Assembly (NCBI GenBank): GCA_951406725.2 | Contig: OX597815.1 | Span: 116,312,001-116,376,000, forward strand | DNA length: 64,000 nucleotides | Origin: Octopus vulgaris | Taxonomy: Eukaryota | Direction of reading: 5' to 3' | Shown here: in pieces, positions 38,095-49,650 of the stretch | How positions within the stretch are numbered: position 1 is the stretch's first letter | Layout of the letters: every line of letters begins with the position of its first letter | Translations under genes and position numbers: made by a program | The notes under the pieces: model-generated | Told to the model about the DNA's origin: nothing | Databases searched by the model: none | What the model saw: only the letters and a program-made list of their open reading frames with translations

Positions 38095-39866
38095 GGTAGT
38101 GTGGCGCGCGGACCTATACAGGGAGGAAGCGCTCAACCAGCTTCAAAATCCCCTCTTCTATCGCCTCCTCCCCTCCGATCCCACCTCCTCCTACCAACAG
38201 CGAGTGTCCTCCACCATCCACGACCTCATCTCCTCCTCCGCTCTCCCCCTCACCGCCACCAACCTCATCGTCCGCACACCCCGCACCTCCACCATCTACT
38301 TCCTTCCCAAGATCCATAAACCCTCTAACCCTGGCCGTCCCATAGTCTCTGCCTGTAATTGCCCCACTGAACTCATCTCCCTATACCTCGACCGCATCCT
38401 GTCCCCCTTAGTCGCAGCCCTCCCATCCCACATACACGACACCAACCACGCCCTCCGTCTCTTCAATTCCTTTTCCTTCCCTTCCAGCCCCTCACACCTC
38501 CTCTTCACCTTAGATGTAAAATCCCTGTACACAGTGATTCCCCACAATGACGGTCTCCTAGCCCTCCAACACTTCCTCGACCGTCGTCCCGACCCCACCC
38601 CCAGCACCCCCACCCTTCTCCGTTTGGCTGAGCTCGTCCTCACCCTCAATTGCTTCACGTTCGCCGGGGAAACGTACCAACAGGTGTCCGGGGTCGCGAT
38701 GGGAACTAGGATGGGCCCCAATTTCGCCAATCTCTTTCTTGGCTACATTGAGGCCCAAGTGTTCTCCCAGTTCTCTGGGCCGACCCCCGAACTATACGGT
38801 CGCTATATCGACGACTGTGTAGGTGCCACCTCCCTTTCCCGGGAACTTCTCGGCCAATTCATCTCTTTCCTTTCCAACTTTCACCCCTCTCTTCAATTCA
38901 CCTCCACCATCTCCAACACCTCTGTCAACTTCCTTGATATCTCTCTCCGCATCGATCACCCCTCCAGCTCTCTCACCACCACCGCCTTCTTTAAACCTAC
39001 GGATTCCCACCTCTATCTCAACTTCTCTTCCTCCCACCCCTTCCACACCAAACGAGCCATCCCCTACTCCCAGTTCCTCCGCCTCCGACGTTTGTGCAGC
39101 CGCGACCAGGATTTCGAGACCCAATCTCAATACCTGGCCCGCATGTTCAGACTCCGAGGTTACCCACCCACACTCCTCTCTGATGCCCTCACCCGCGCCC
39201 GTCGCATCGACCGCACTACCGCCTTGTCTCCTTCCCCCGCCCACCCCCAACCGCACCCCCTTCCCCCTCCTTTTCCACCCCTCTACCCTACCCCTTCGTC
39301 GCAAGATACTACGTGCCTTCCGTCGCCTCCAGCTTGATCCCACCACCCGCCCCATTTTCCCTAACCCACCCCTGTCCTCTTTCAAACGAGCCCGCAATCT
39401 GCGTGACCTCCTGGTCCACAGCACACTCTCCCCTTCCCCCTCAGCCCCACACGGATCATTCCCTTGCTCTAGATCCCGCTGCAACACTTGCCCCTTCATC
39501 ACCAACACCACCGCTGTCACCGGCTCCAACCTGCATACTGTACGCATTAGGCACTCTTTTACGTGCACCTCGTCTGGCCTTATTTACTGCATTAAATGCA
39601 ACCTATGCGGGATGCTGTATGTAGGTCAGACGGGACGCCGGTTGTCCGACCGTTTCACTGAACACTTGAGGGACGTTCGCCTACACTCTTTTTCTCCCGT
39701 CGCACGCCACTTCCGCTCGGCCGGCCATTCCCGAGATGACATCTCAGTGTTTGGTCTCGCCCCCCACAATGGTCGCCCACTTTCCAGGCTCCACTTGGAG
39801 CAACGCTACATCTTCACCCTACAAACTACCACCCCACACGGACTTAACACAGCCCCCTCCTCTTGA
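38094..39866 (+). pseudogene. PLE reverse transcriptase + GIY-YIG endonuclease, 5'-truncated, single frameshift near 39230-39245
   Basis: First frame: YFLPKIHK..PGRPIVS, FTLDVKSLYTVIPH, GVAMGTRMGPNFANLF, RYIDD, NFLDI, KPTDSHLYL..SSHP, IPYSQFLRLRRLCS. Second frame: CSRSRCNTCPFI, LIYCIKCNLCGMLYVGQTGR..DRFTEH, GLN. There are no internal stops within either segment. Confidence 0.92.
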
Positions 39867-39897
39867 GACCGTTTTTTTTTTTTTTTTTTTTTTTCCG

Positions 39898-42700
39898 GAC
39901 ACACCACCCACACCCACCCACCCACCTACCTCCCACCCACCTACCTACCTCCCACACGCCTGTTCACACACACACATACGTAGACCCATCTACGTACATA
40001 CATTCACACATTTAATCACACACACACACTTACAGACACACATTCACATACACACACACATACATACATACACACACTCATACATACTTACACACACACA
40101 CACACAGACATACATACACACATACACACACACATACATACACACACACATACATACACACACACTCACACACACACACCGCACGTACATACTTCACACA
40201 CACACACATGCACACATACATGTAGGCACATACATACATACATACCCACACATGCACACCCGTACACTGAATGCACACACACATACACCTTTTTGCATCC
40301 AGGCAGCCCCCCCCTCTTTTCTGCTTTCCGGTTTTGGCTGATGGATCCTCGGTTCCCGCGTAGCGGGGCGTTCGAGGACTTTGCGCTCGCGCGCCTTGGC
40401 GCGCGCTGGGGGCTCGGTCGGCCCCTTTGGGCTTGCGTTGCACTGCTTGTGCGTTGTGTGCGTGAGCGCGCTTCGTGTGTGTGGGCTTGCTTCGGATGTG
40501 CGCTTGCGTATGTTTGCATACATACCCACACACTCGCATGCATCCCTACCCACATACATACACGCACACCTACTCACACACACACATACACACACACACA
40601 TACCCGCACACACACACACATACATACATACACACACATACCCACTTCAGACATACACACACACAGACATACACCCATACACCCACACTCACACGCATAC
40701 ACACACACACATACACACGCACACGTACACATACACACACACACACCCACATACATACATTACACTTGTATACACACACACTTACATTCATACACACACA
40801 CACCTACACAGCCATACCCTCACTCAGACACACACATCTACACACACACAAACACACACTGACACACACCCTGACACACACCCATACATACATACATACA
40901 TCTACACACTCACGCCTACACACATACATACACACATACATAAACACACACACATACACATACACACACATACGCACACACGCATATACTTATACACATG
41001 CACACACACACACATACATACATACACCCATATACATACACACACACATACCTACATACTCCTATACGCACATACATACACACAGACATACACACATACA
41101 CACTCACACAAACATACACACACACATACTTACACACACACTCACCTGCACGCGCACACACATGCATGACAAACACTCATACACTCACACTCGAATACGC
41201 ACACACCAACATAAACACGCACACGCACACACACACCTACACTCCCACACACATACACACGCACCTACATACACACACGCACGCATACACACGCATACAC
41301 ACATACATTACACACGTACACACACACCTACATACACATGCATACACACACACACACAAACATGCACGGACACACCCAGACATACATACATACACCTATA
41401 TACACACGCCTACACACCTACATACACACACATATACACACGCCCACACAGCTACATACACACACATACATACACACATACACGGACACACCCATACATA
41501 CTTACATACATACACCTATACACACACGCCTACACACCTACACACACACATGCACACACACACACATGTACGCACATACACACACATATACGCACACACA
41601 TATATACCCACACACATGCACACACACACACATACGCACATACATGCACGCATGCACACGCGCACACCTACACGCATACACACACACACACGCACGTACA
41701 CATACATACATACACACACGCATACATACACCCATACACATACATGCATCCTACACACACATACATACACACTCACACATACATACACACACACGCACTC
41801 ACTCACACACCTGTATGTTCGCGCACACACATGCACATACACACACTTCCCCACACCCACACGTACATACATACACACTCATACACACATACACACACAC
41901 ACACACACACGGACATACATCTATGCACACACATATATACACACATACTCACATACATTCATCGGACACACTGCCACCCAGACATACACACAGACACACT
42001 CACACATCCACACGCACACATACGTACGCGCACACTCGCAGGCTCGCGCACACACGCGTTTGCGCCGGTTCGCGCACGCATGCGCCCCGCATGCACCTCG
42101 CCCTTGGACCCGACGAGACCTCCCGCCCGTTCCTGGGATGTCGCTTGTCGTTGGGTTTTCCCACGCCCGTCTCCGCGGGACCACTCTTCCATCTTCCCCT
42201 CCGCTGGAGTCCTTTTCCTAAACCCCCCCCCCTTTTTTTTCGTTACACACACGCGCACACATATACACACATTGCTTAAACATATACATCACTCTTACAC
42301 ACATTCAATCTACTCGCCACTAATACTACCACGACACTGGACACACACACACACTACTACTCAACACACGCTGGCACGCTACATACGCCCCCACCCCTTC
42401 CCCTCCCTCCCTTCCTCCTTCCTCCCTTTTCTCACTACTGACCTTTGTCTGCTATGCTGCTGCTATGCTGACCACCGTCTCGCCCTACCTCACACGCCTA
42501 CACACAGACGCACACACTAACACATACATATATTTTTTGTTTTTTTACCTCGCCTCACACACACACATACACACACGCACACGCACACACTCACACATAC
42601 ACACACATCTGTTGCGTTACCAACCTTGTCTCCACTCTTTTGCCTTTAAAAACCCACTTTGCTCTTGTTATCGTAAACATCCGCCTTTCACCATGTGCTA
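39898..42700 (+). repeat. Cryptic (CA/CATA)-type low-complexity tract inside the PLE, with two G-rich islands
   Basis: Imperfect CA/TA repeats throughout. Islands at ~40300-40510 and ~42035-42210. Confidence 0.9.
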
Positions 42701-42778
42701 CTCCTAACACCAGCCGTTTTTTTCTCTATCTCCGTTGCCCGCTCCGGGATCTTTCTTTCCTCTCTCTTCCTTCTTTAT

Positions 42779-42813
42779 GTTTCCGACGAAGAGCTCCGCT
42801 CGAAACGTCATAC
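42779..42813 (+). ncRNA. Minimal type I hammerhead motif at the PLE 3' end (CCGACGA core)
   Basis: GTTT CCGACGA A GAGC tcc GCTC GAAA CG TC ATAC. Stem III is the palindrome ACGT, typical of dimer-dependent PLE hammerheads. Confidence 0.75.
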
Positions 42814-42899
42814 CTCCCTGCTTCCATTTCCTGAGCGCCTATTAATAATAATACTGTAATTGTTCCCTTGTTGTTGTTTTTTTGTTTCCCGTTTGGATT

Positions 42900-42935
<36 letters not shown>

Positions 42936-42962
42936 GCATGCATGCATACATACACAATCACA

Positions 42963-42999
42963 ACTATCTGACGAACAGTAAGGTGAAATTCTGAACAGT
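42963..42999 (+). ncRNA. Degenerate hammerhead motif (related to 49448-49482)
   Basis: ACTAT CTGACGA AC agtaag GT GAAA TTCTGA [gap] ACAGT. The cleavage triplet is apparently deleted. Confidence 0.45.
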
Positions 43000-43068
43000 A
43001 TGAAAAAAAAATTTTTCGGGTTTAATAAAACAGTGTGTGTGCGTGTACGTGTGTGTGTATGTGTGTGT

Positions 43069-44768
43069 AGTAATACCTCATAGTACGAGTTTAATTCGTT
43101 CCATGACCGAGCTCGTCTTGAATTTACTCGTTTTACAAATCAATTTTCTCCTTTGAAATTAACTAAAATCCATTGCAGCAACCAAAAACGGTTTTAAAAC
43201 AGAGAAGGTGTAGTTACAAGTAAAATGACAATTATAAAAAAAGAGAATGCATAAGAAATATGTAAACTGGTTTTATTACCTGAATTGGATGGATGATTTG
43301 TGAGCGGGGAAGACAATAGAGCGGAGAGGAGGATTACTGTTTGGATGGAGAATCTCCTATTAAGATTTCATGAAGAACAATTTCTAGTGTTTTCTCTCTC
43401 ACTTCGCTTAATTTAGACGCTTTGGACACACTTTCTTCACTTTTTACATTTGCAGGTCGTTTCATTAGAAACATATCAAGAGAAGTCTACTTTTTCTTGC
43501 CTTTCAAAATGTTACGAAAATGCACCAGAGCAGTGTCATTAAATATAGCAGCTTAAGCAGCTACGTGACTTGTAGCTACTTATTTTTCTACAAATTCAGA
43601 AACATACTGCCACTTTGCCAACACTGCCTTTATGTCACTCGTAGAGATAACATTCTCCGCTACACTGCCAGGCCATATCGATGATTTTCAGGCAGTTTAC
43701 AATGTTGTAGTGCTCCTTTCAAAAGTCACGAAGAGTTAGATTTGTATTTTCGGTGACTTCAAAGCACCGACGAAACAGGTGTTTGGTGTACAATTTCTTA
43801 AAATTAGAAATCACCTGTTGGTCCATGGGCTGCAAGATAGGGGTGGTGTTGCGTGGAAGGTACATAACTTTTATAAATTTGAATTCGTCCAGCATATCAT
43901 CTTCAAGGTTAAGAAGGTAAGCAGAAGCATAGTCGAGGGTGAGGAGGGCCTTGAGAGGAAGATTGTTATCCAGAAGATACCTTTTCACTGCTGATCCGAA
44001 GACAAGGCTCACCCACTCAGAGAAGTATTGCCTGGTGATCCAGGCTTTAACGTTTTCCCTCCACATGACCTTCTGTATTTTGTGCGACTTGAACACTCGT
44101 GGGTTTTCGGAATTGTAGACAAGGAGTACCTTAATCATCAAGTCGCCACTCGCATTGGCACAAAGGGCGAGAGTTAGCCTCTTTCATAGGATTGTGGCCT
44201 GACGTTTTCTTCTCTGCAGTTATGTAGGCTCTTCTGGGCAAATTTAAAAAAAAAAGAAAAGAAAAGAAAAGAAAGAAAGAATTAATGAAAAAACTAGTTT
44301 CATTACAGTTGAATACCTGTTGTGCGATGTACCCCTCGGCTGTGATGAACTGACGGAATTCACGCACGAAATCTTCAGCTGCCTTCGTGTTAGAGCTCGC
44401 TGTTTCTCCATACTTGACGGCGCTATAAACGCCAGTCCTCTTCTTGAAATTATCAAATCAGCCGCGGCTGGCCTTAAATGCGTCTGCTGATGTCTCCTCC
44501 GTCGATGTTTCAGGATTCTACTTCAAGAGATACCCATACAGCGCGCGTGCTTTCTCGCAGATGATGGTCTCCGTAATCGTATCTCGTGAGAATTACTTCT
44601 CGTTGATCCACAAAAGAAATTTTTCCATCCTTTCGAGGACAGATGTGAATTGCTCGTACTGTGGATTTCCGCTCGTACTTCGGATTTCCGCTCGTACTTC
44701 AAGACAAAAATTCTCACGAGCCTCGACTCGTACAGCAAATTACTCGTACAGTGGTACACTCGTACAAT
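43069..44768 (-). mobile_element. pogo/Tigger-type DNA transposon, decayed, most of transposase present
   Basis: Reads QQVFNCNETS, LLVYNSENPRVFK, KAWITRQYFSEW, LLTLDYASAY and YLPRNTTPILQPMDQQVISNFKKLY. Confidence 0.9.
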
Positions 44769-44959
44769 AAAATGGAATAAAATAAAAACAGAATCTTAAA
44801 CAAGAAAATATTTGCATATAACAGTCGAAGGTTTTCCTTAAGAAATATGTAGAAATATATACAATAACTTTGCGATGCGGAATAAATCATGCATAATAAG
44901 AAACAAATCCAACAGTGTGATTAAAAACTAGTCCAAGAATCAAAAATATACGCTATCCA

Positions 44960-46300
44960 TATGGTATATTGCTAGCCTACATTTTAAATTTAGCTGCATG
45001 TCTGCAGGAATTCAAGAGTTCGCTTCTTTGATTTAAAGAGTTATTGTCCTGGAATAAAATGAAATATTTTTTCAACTGGCATAAATCACATTTGATGGGT
45101 CTTTTATGTGTACCGTGCCTGTACGGTGCAGCTCTATCCACAATACTTCATGTCACGTTGAAAAGTCGGGCTTCTCTTTCTTTTAATTCCCAGACATATT
45201 TTGCCTGGCTGGTCTTCGTCCTATTTTCGGGGTATCTGAGGAATTTTATACGAATAGAATCGGGTTTTGAAAGAATTTTCAGAAGCTCCTGTATAAGTTC
45301 TATATTCCCGTGAGCCTTCTTTCTGCACCTTGGCTCTATACACGATTCCTTTCTCCAGACATTTTCCTTCCAACGGACAGAAGGACCCATCTTTCCAATT
45401 ACAATTTTTAAGAAGAGAATCGGCACTATGATTATTAGCAATTATCCTACTGTTATGTTGGTTAATGAAAGAGGCGAAGTTTCTGTAGTAAGAATAGCTG
45501 ATCTTAAGCGTTCTTCTATTAAATATTCTATAAAACTTATAGTCAAGTTGAAAATGCCTAGAGACTAATTTTAAGAATTCCCTACCTATATTTGTTTTTA
45601 CGGCCATATTGAAAGCTGGGTTAAACCACAAAACTTTCCTAGTCCTAGTTCTATGTGTAGCATTACTGCTAGCATTAAGCTGGTTATACTGGATCTTCTC
45701 GGAGAATCCACTATTCCTTAATACGCTTTTGTAATAAGGTGCGGCATTTTGGAATGCTGCCTCATTCGAAGAAATTGACGATATTCGTCTACTTACATTA
45801 CCAAGTTCCTAAGAATAACTGGTGGATGATTGGATTCTTTGCTAATATAAGATAGCTTATCATTAGGCTTACGGTAAGGTTTAAATTTATCCGACCTTAG
45901 ATCCAAATTTACATCTAAAAAAAATCTACACTTTTCAGGTTAGTATCTTTCGTAACCCGTAAGCCCATCCTTTGGAAGAAAGCAATAAGATCCTTCCTAA
46001 GCTTATCTGATTCATGACCGTTTAAATTATGGGTGACTATAAGGCCGTCATCCCTATATAAACCTACGTCTATAAACGGGAATTCTAGTTTTAGATTGTG
46101 TAGAATAAAGGCTCCTATGAGCATACATAACTCAGTCCCGTCATATGCCCACATCGGTACATCGAAAAGAGAATCCTCAATCTTCTTAACCCAGGTGGAA
46201 TCCTCGTAAAAAAGAAGTGATTTCCTCGCATGTATGATAATATCAATTTCCGAGTTATCGATGTTGACATACTGCTTAGCGAAGTCTAATGCTTTTAGGA
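44960..46300 (-). mobile_element. Penelope-like element remnant, Naiad/Chlamys-type RT + GIY-YIG
   Basis: Reads MWAYDGTELC.LIG, GLYRDDGL, WFNPAFN..VKTNIG..FLKLV..HF, CPLEGKCL..GIVYRAKV..TYTGASENSFKTRFY and KYVWELK. Confidence 0.8.
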
Positions 46301-46533
46301 GTAAAGGCCTAGATATTGACGGGTAAAAGTCAATAATATCAAGCTGCGTAAATTTGCAGTTATGCTTATGTCTAATATATATATATATATAAACTTACTT
46401 GGAGAAAAGAAAGGAAACGAAACGACGCGAGGGCGCTCAGTCATACAATAGTTTAATAAATAAAATATATGCATACATACATATATGTACGTACCTACAT
46501 CTACATGTATATATACATGCATACATATATACA

Positions 46534-46580
<47 letters not shown>

Positions 46581-46784
46581 CTGATAACCATATTTTATCC
46601 CAGTAAATGACCACAGCATTTTGTCTTGGCTACACGCGGGTGGAAGGGGGCTGGTGACACAAACTTTCATTCAAACTTTGAATTTCGTGGTACTGGTCAT
46701 GCTTTGGCTCGCTCTGACACTGAGTTGAGATGACGCATTCTAGTATCTCAAAATTTAATATACAATTATTCATAATTGTAGTAT

Positions 46785-46876
46785 CCTGCGCCGATGAGAG
46801 AAGAAGTCTGGGTAAAGTAGAATTTTCTAATTCTTATGCTATCCTAAAACTTGATCTCGAAACGTACGTCCGTAGG
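46785..46876 (+). ncRNA. Type I hammerhead motif with long stem II (CCGAUGA core)
   Basis: CCTGCG CCGATGA GAGA ...AGAATT ttct AATTCT... TCTC GAAA CGTACG TC CGTAGG. Stem III is the palindrome ACGTACGT, with cleavage after C46870. It lies in a ~500-bp insert (46580-47075) between (TA)n runs. Confidence 0.75.
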
Positions 46877-47072
46877 TAACTTAAAATTGCATGATGGATT
46901 GCCGTCATTTCATTCTTTCTTTCTTACCTGTCTGTGTTTGCCTTTTAAGTGCTGTGTTTTTACTGAGATCCCCTTTTAGTAGAAGGAATAGCTATATCTC
47001 TTTGACTGCTATTTCTAAATTCGGTGTGTTGGTGAGGCAATTCGTTGCTAAACCCTTAATTACTTAGTATTA

Positions 47073-47114
<42 letters not shown>

Positions 47115-47119
<5 letters not shown>

Positions 47120-48345
47120 ATATTTCGGAATGGTCATTTTGCCAGTTTAGCCAATAAAAACACACGCACTATATATTTGGTGTTATTTTGCTTCAGTGTT
47201 ATTTATTTTTTACATTAATCTTAATCTTATTTCGGCCAGAGTTCTTTCGTCAAACTCCTGTGACCGCATCAGTGGTCCTTTGTTTTCTTCTTTCTTATTT
47301 GTGTCTCTCCTTACTAACCGTCAGCCATTTTGTATTTCTATTGTATGTCTTCATTTGCGCATGCTTATATCTCTATGTGCGTCTATGTTTATTTATTGTG
47401 TGTATGTGGGGGGATGCCTGTAATATTTGTATCTTCTGTTTATATACGTTCATGTAATTTGTATTTTGTTTTTGTTGTTGTTGTTTTTGTTTATTCTTAT
47501 TTTGTTTATGTGTTTACATCCACTTATTATTATCATTACATATGCTTGTATGTATGTATGTGTGTATGTATGTATGTATGTATGTATGTATGTATGTATG
47601 TATGTATAACAACAATACTTGTAATAATAATAATAAATCGAATCGAATATATATATATATATATATATATAGTTATTTATTTCTATTTGTTTATTTATCT
47701 GTGTATTTATTATGTTTTCGGGATCCTCTATCGTCATATGTTGTGCTGTGTGCTAGTGCTCCATTCTAGTTTTCTATTCAGGCTAGGTTTATTTTCTATT
47801 ATGTGTGTAGCTTCTGTAATTTGTCTGATTGTTGCATCTGTTCTATGTGTGGACAATATTTTAATTTCTATATTGTTGATTGATCCCCCGTGTTCCTGTT
47901 CGGCGTGTTGGTACAGAATCGATGAGCTTTTATCTTCCTTGAATTGTCTCCAATGGTCATTTACCCGCTCTCCTATGCTTCTTGCCGTTTCCCCTACATA
48001 TGTCGTTGTCTTGTTACTGCATCGTCCCTCTATACATCTTATACTATAGACTACATTTTTGGCTTTACAGTTTGTTTGTGGGCTAAATCTACATACAGTA
48101 CAGTACTTATCCGTACAGGGGGTTCTACTAAAAGGATAGGTTCTACCAATTATAGATTTGATAGGGTTGCCTGGCTTTTCAACAACCTTAATTCATAGCT
48201 TAAGTACGCCAGTTCACCTCCAGAGGTGGTGTCAACGAACATGACACTCTGGTATTTATGGCTATCATACCAAGAGTTGGCCTTCCGTATTTCCTTTTTT
48301 GTCCTTTCTATAGTGTTCCATGACTTGTTCCTATAGAGTGGGCAA
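47115..48345 (-). mobile_element. Penelope-like element 3' remnant (GIY-YIG domain + 3' UTR)
   Basis: Minus strand: NVVYSIRCIEGRCSNKTTTYVGETARSIGERVNDH...QHAEQEH...RQITEA..I..NKPSLN. Confidence 0.85.
47236..47275 (-). ncRNA. Hammerhead-like motif at the PLE 3' end (non-canonical CUGAUGC)
   Basis: Minus strand: CCA CTGATGC G GTCA caggagtt TGAC GAAA GAAC TC TGG. Confidence 0.45.
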
Positions 48346-48883
48346 ATCCCATTCCTATCATTACATAATATATTATCAAATTTCTTTATGGCTGTAACCT
48401 GAGAACTGCATGCGGTGAATGAAATATTGTATGCGTCTCTTTAACTCTGTGGGCTCGCACATGCGTGATACATTTCTCATTATTCTGAGAAATAGACGTA
48501 GAACTCAACGAGAAACGAAAACATAAAAACAAACAAGGAAACGGACTTTTTTTAACAACGAAAAAACAGAGTACAAGACAAACAATACAAGGAATATTCC
48601 CCTTCATCAGCTGTCCCTGGTTCGACTCCATGCGTGTTTTGAAGGTAAGGACAGAACACGACCCTGCAAAAGAATTAAATAAAATTCTTTTGCAGAAGGT
48701 TAAAAACAAGGAAAGAAAAAAATGTGACAAGAACAGGACGTAAAAGCAAAACAAATAAAAATACAAATAAAAATACAAATACAAAATAAAAATACAAATA
48801 CAAAAAAATACAGTACACATAAAGAATAAAAACAGGACAAAGAAACCAACATTGAGGGCCTTTTTTTAAGCCTAGACGATGGA

Positions 48884-48921
<38 letters not shown>

Positions 48922-48925
<4 letters not shown>

Positions 48926-49259
48926 ATTCGAGACAAAACCACTATTTTGCAAAACAAACAAGGAAAGACTTAATCAATACATAAAAATTTTAATATAAAG
49001 AAATAAACCGCCACTACAATCGTTTCATCAGATTAGGAGATCGAAAATCCACCTGACGAATGTCATTGAAGACATGAAACGATTGTAGTGGCGGTTTATT
49101 TCTTTATATTAAAATTTTTATGTATTGATTAAGTCTTTCCTTGTTTGTTTTGCAAAATAGTGGTTTTGTCTCGAATTATATTATATAATATTTTACTATA
49201 AAATTGGATTTAATCCTAAATCTGATTTTTCCCTGTAAATTTGGATTTATTCCCTAATA

Positions 49260-49262
<3 letters not shown>
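48922..49262 (+). mobile_element. Fold-back mini-element in (TA)n containing a complete HHR
   Basis: 48922-49028 is the reverse complement of 49074-49180. Confidence 0.85.
49049..49091 (+). ncRNA. Complete type I hammerhead ribozyme
   Basis: CCAC CTGACGA ATGTC attgaa GACAT GAAA CGATTG TA GTGG. Stem I is CCAC/GTGG and stem II is ATGTC/GACAT. Cleavage after A49087. Confidence 0.85.
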
Positions 49263-49328
<66 letters not shown>

Positions 49329-49507
49329 CCGGAGTAAATACATAAATGTGAAACAAGGTGGAAAAAAGAGTACTCAAATACCAGTGGTAGAGTAATATGC
49401 TTTATTTAAAGCAGCAGAAAATTCAACAAAACCTGTTACTCTGAGTTCCGATGAACGGCAACGGGAAACTCAGAGTAACAGGTTTTGTTGAATTTTCTGC
49501 TGCTTTA

Positions 49508-49512
<5 letters not shown>
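49329..49512. mobile_element. Fold-back mini-element in (TA)n with a hammerhead core at the junction
   Basis: 49402-49447 is the reverse complement of 49467-49512. The centre reads CCGATGA ACG gcaa CGG GAAA CTC a GAG TA ACAGG. Confidence 0.75.
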
Positions 49513-49594
<82 letters not shown>

Positions 49595-49598
49595 CACT

Positions 49599-49650
<52 letters not shown>

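Larger units (their letters stand above)
38094..42905 (+). mobile_element. Young 5'-truncated Penelope-like element (Neptune-like), inserted in (TA)n
   Basis: RT + GIY-YIG coding region at 38094-39866, a ~2.8-kb cryptic CA-rich 3' region and a terminal HHR at 42779-42813. (TA)n on both sides. Confidence 0.9.

Noticed and set aside
38792-39568. 258-aa antisense ORF over the PLE
   Set aside because: It is a by-product of the extreme strand bias of the PLE coding region and has no motif.
40475-42520. 681-aa His/Thr-rich ORF and overlapping long ORFs
   Set aside because: These are translations of the stop-poor CA-type low-complexity tract. They have no domain content.
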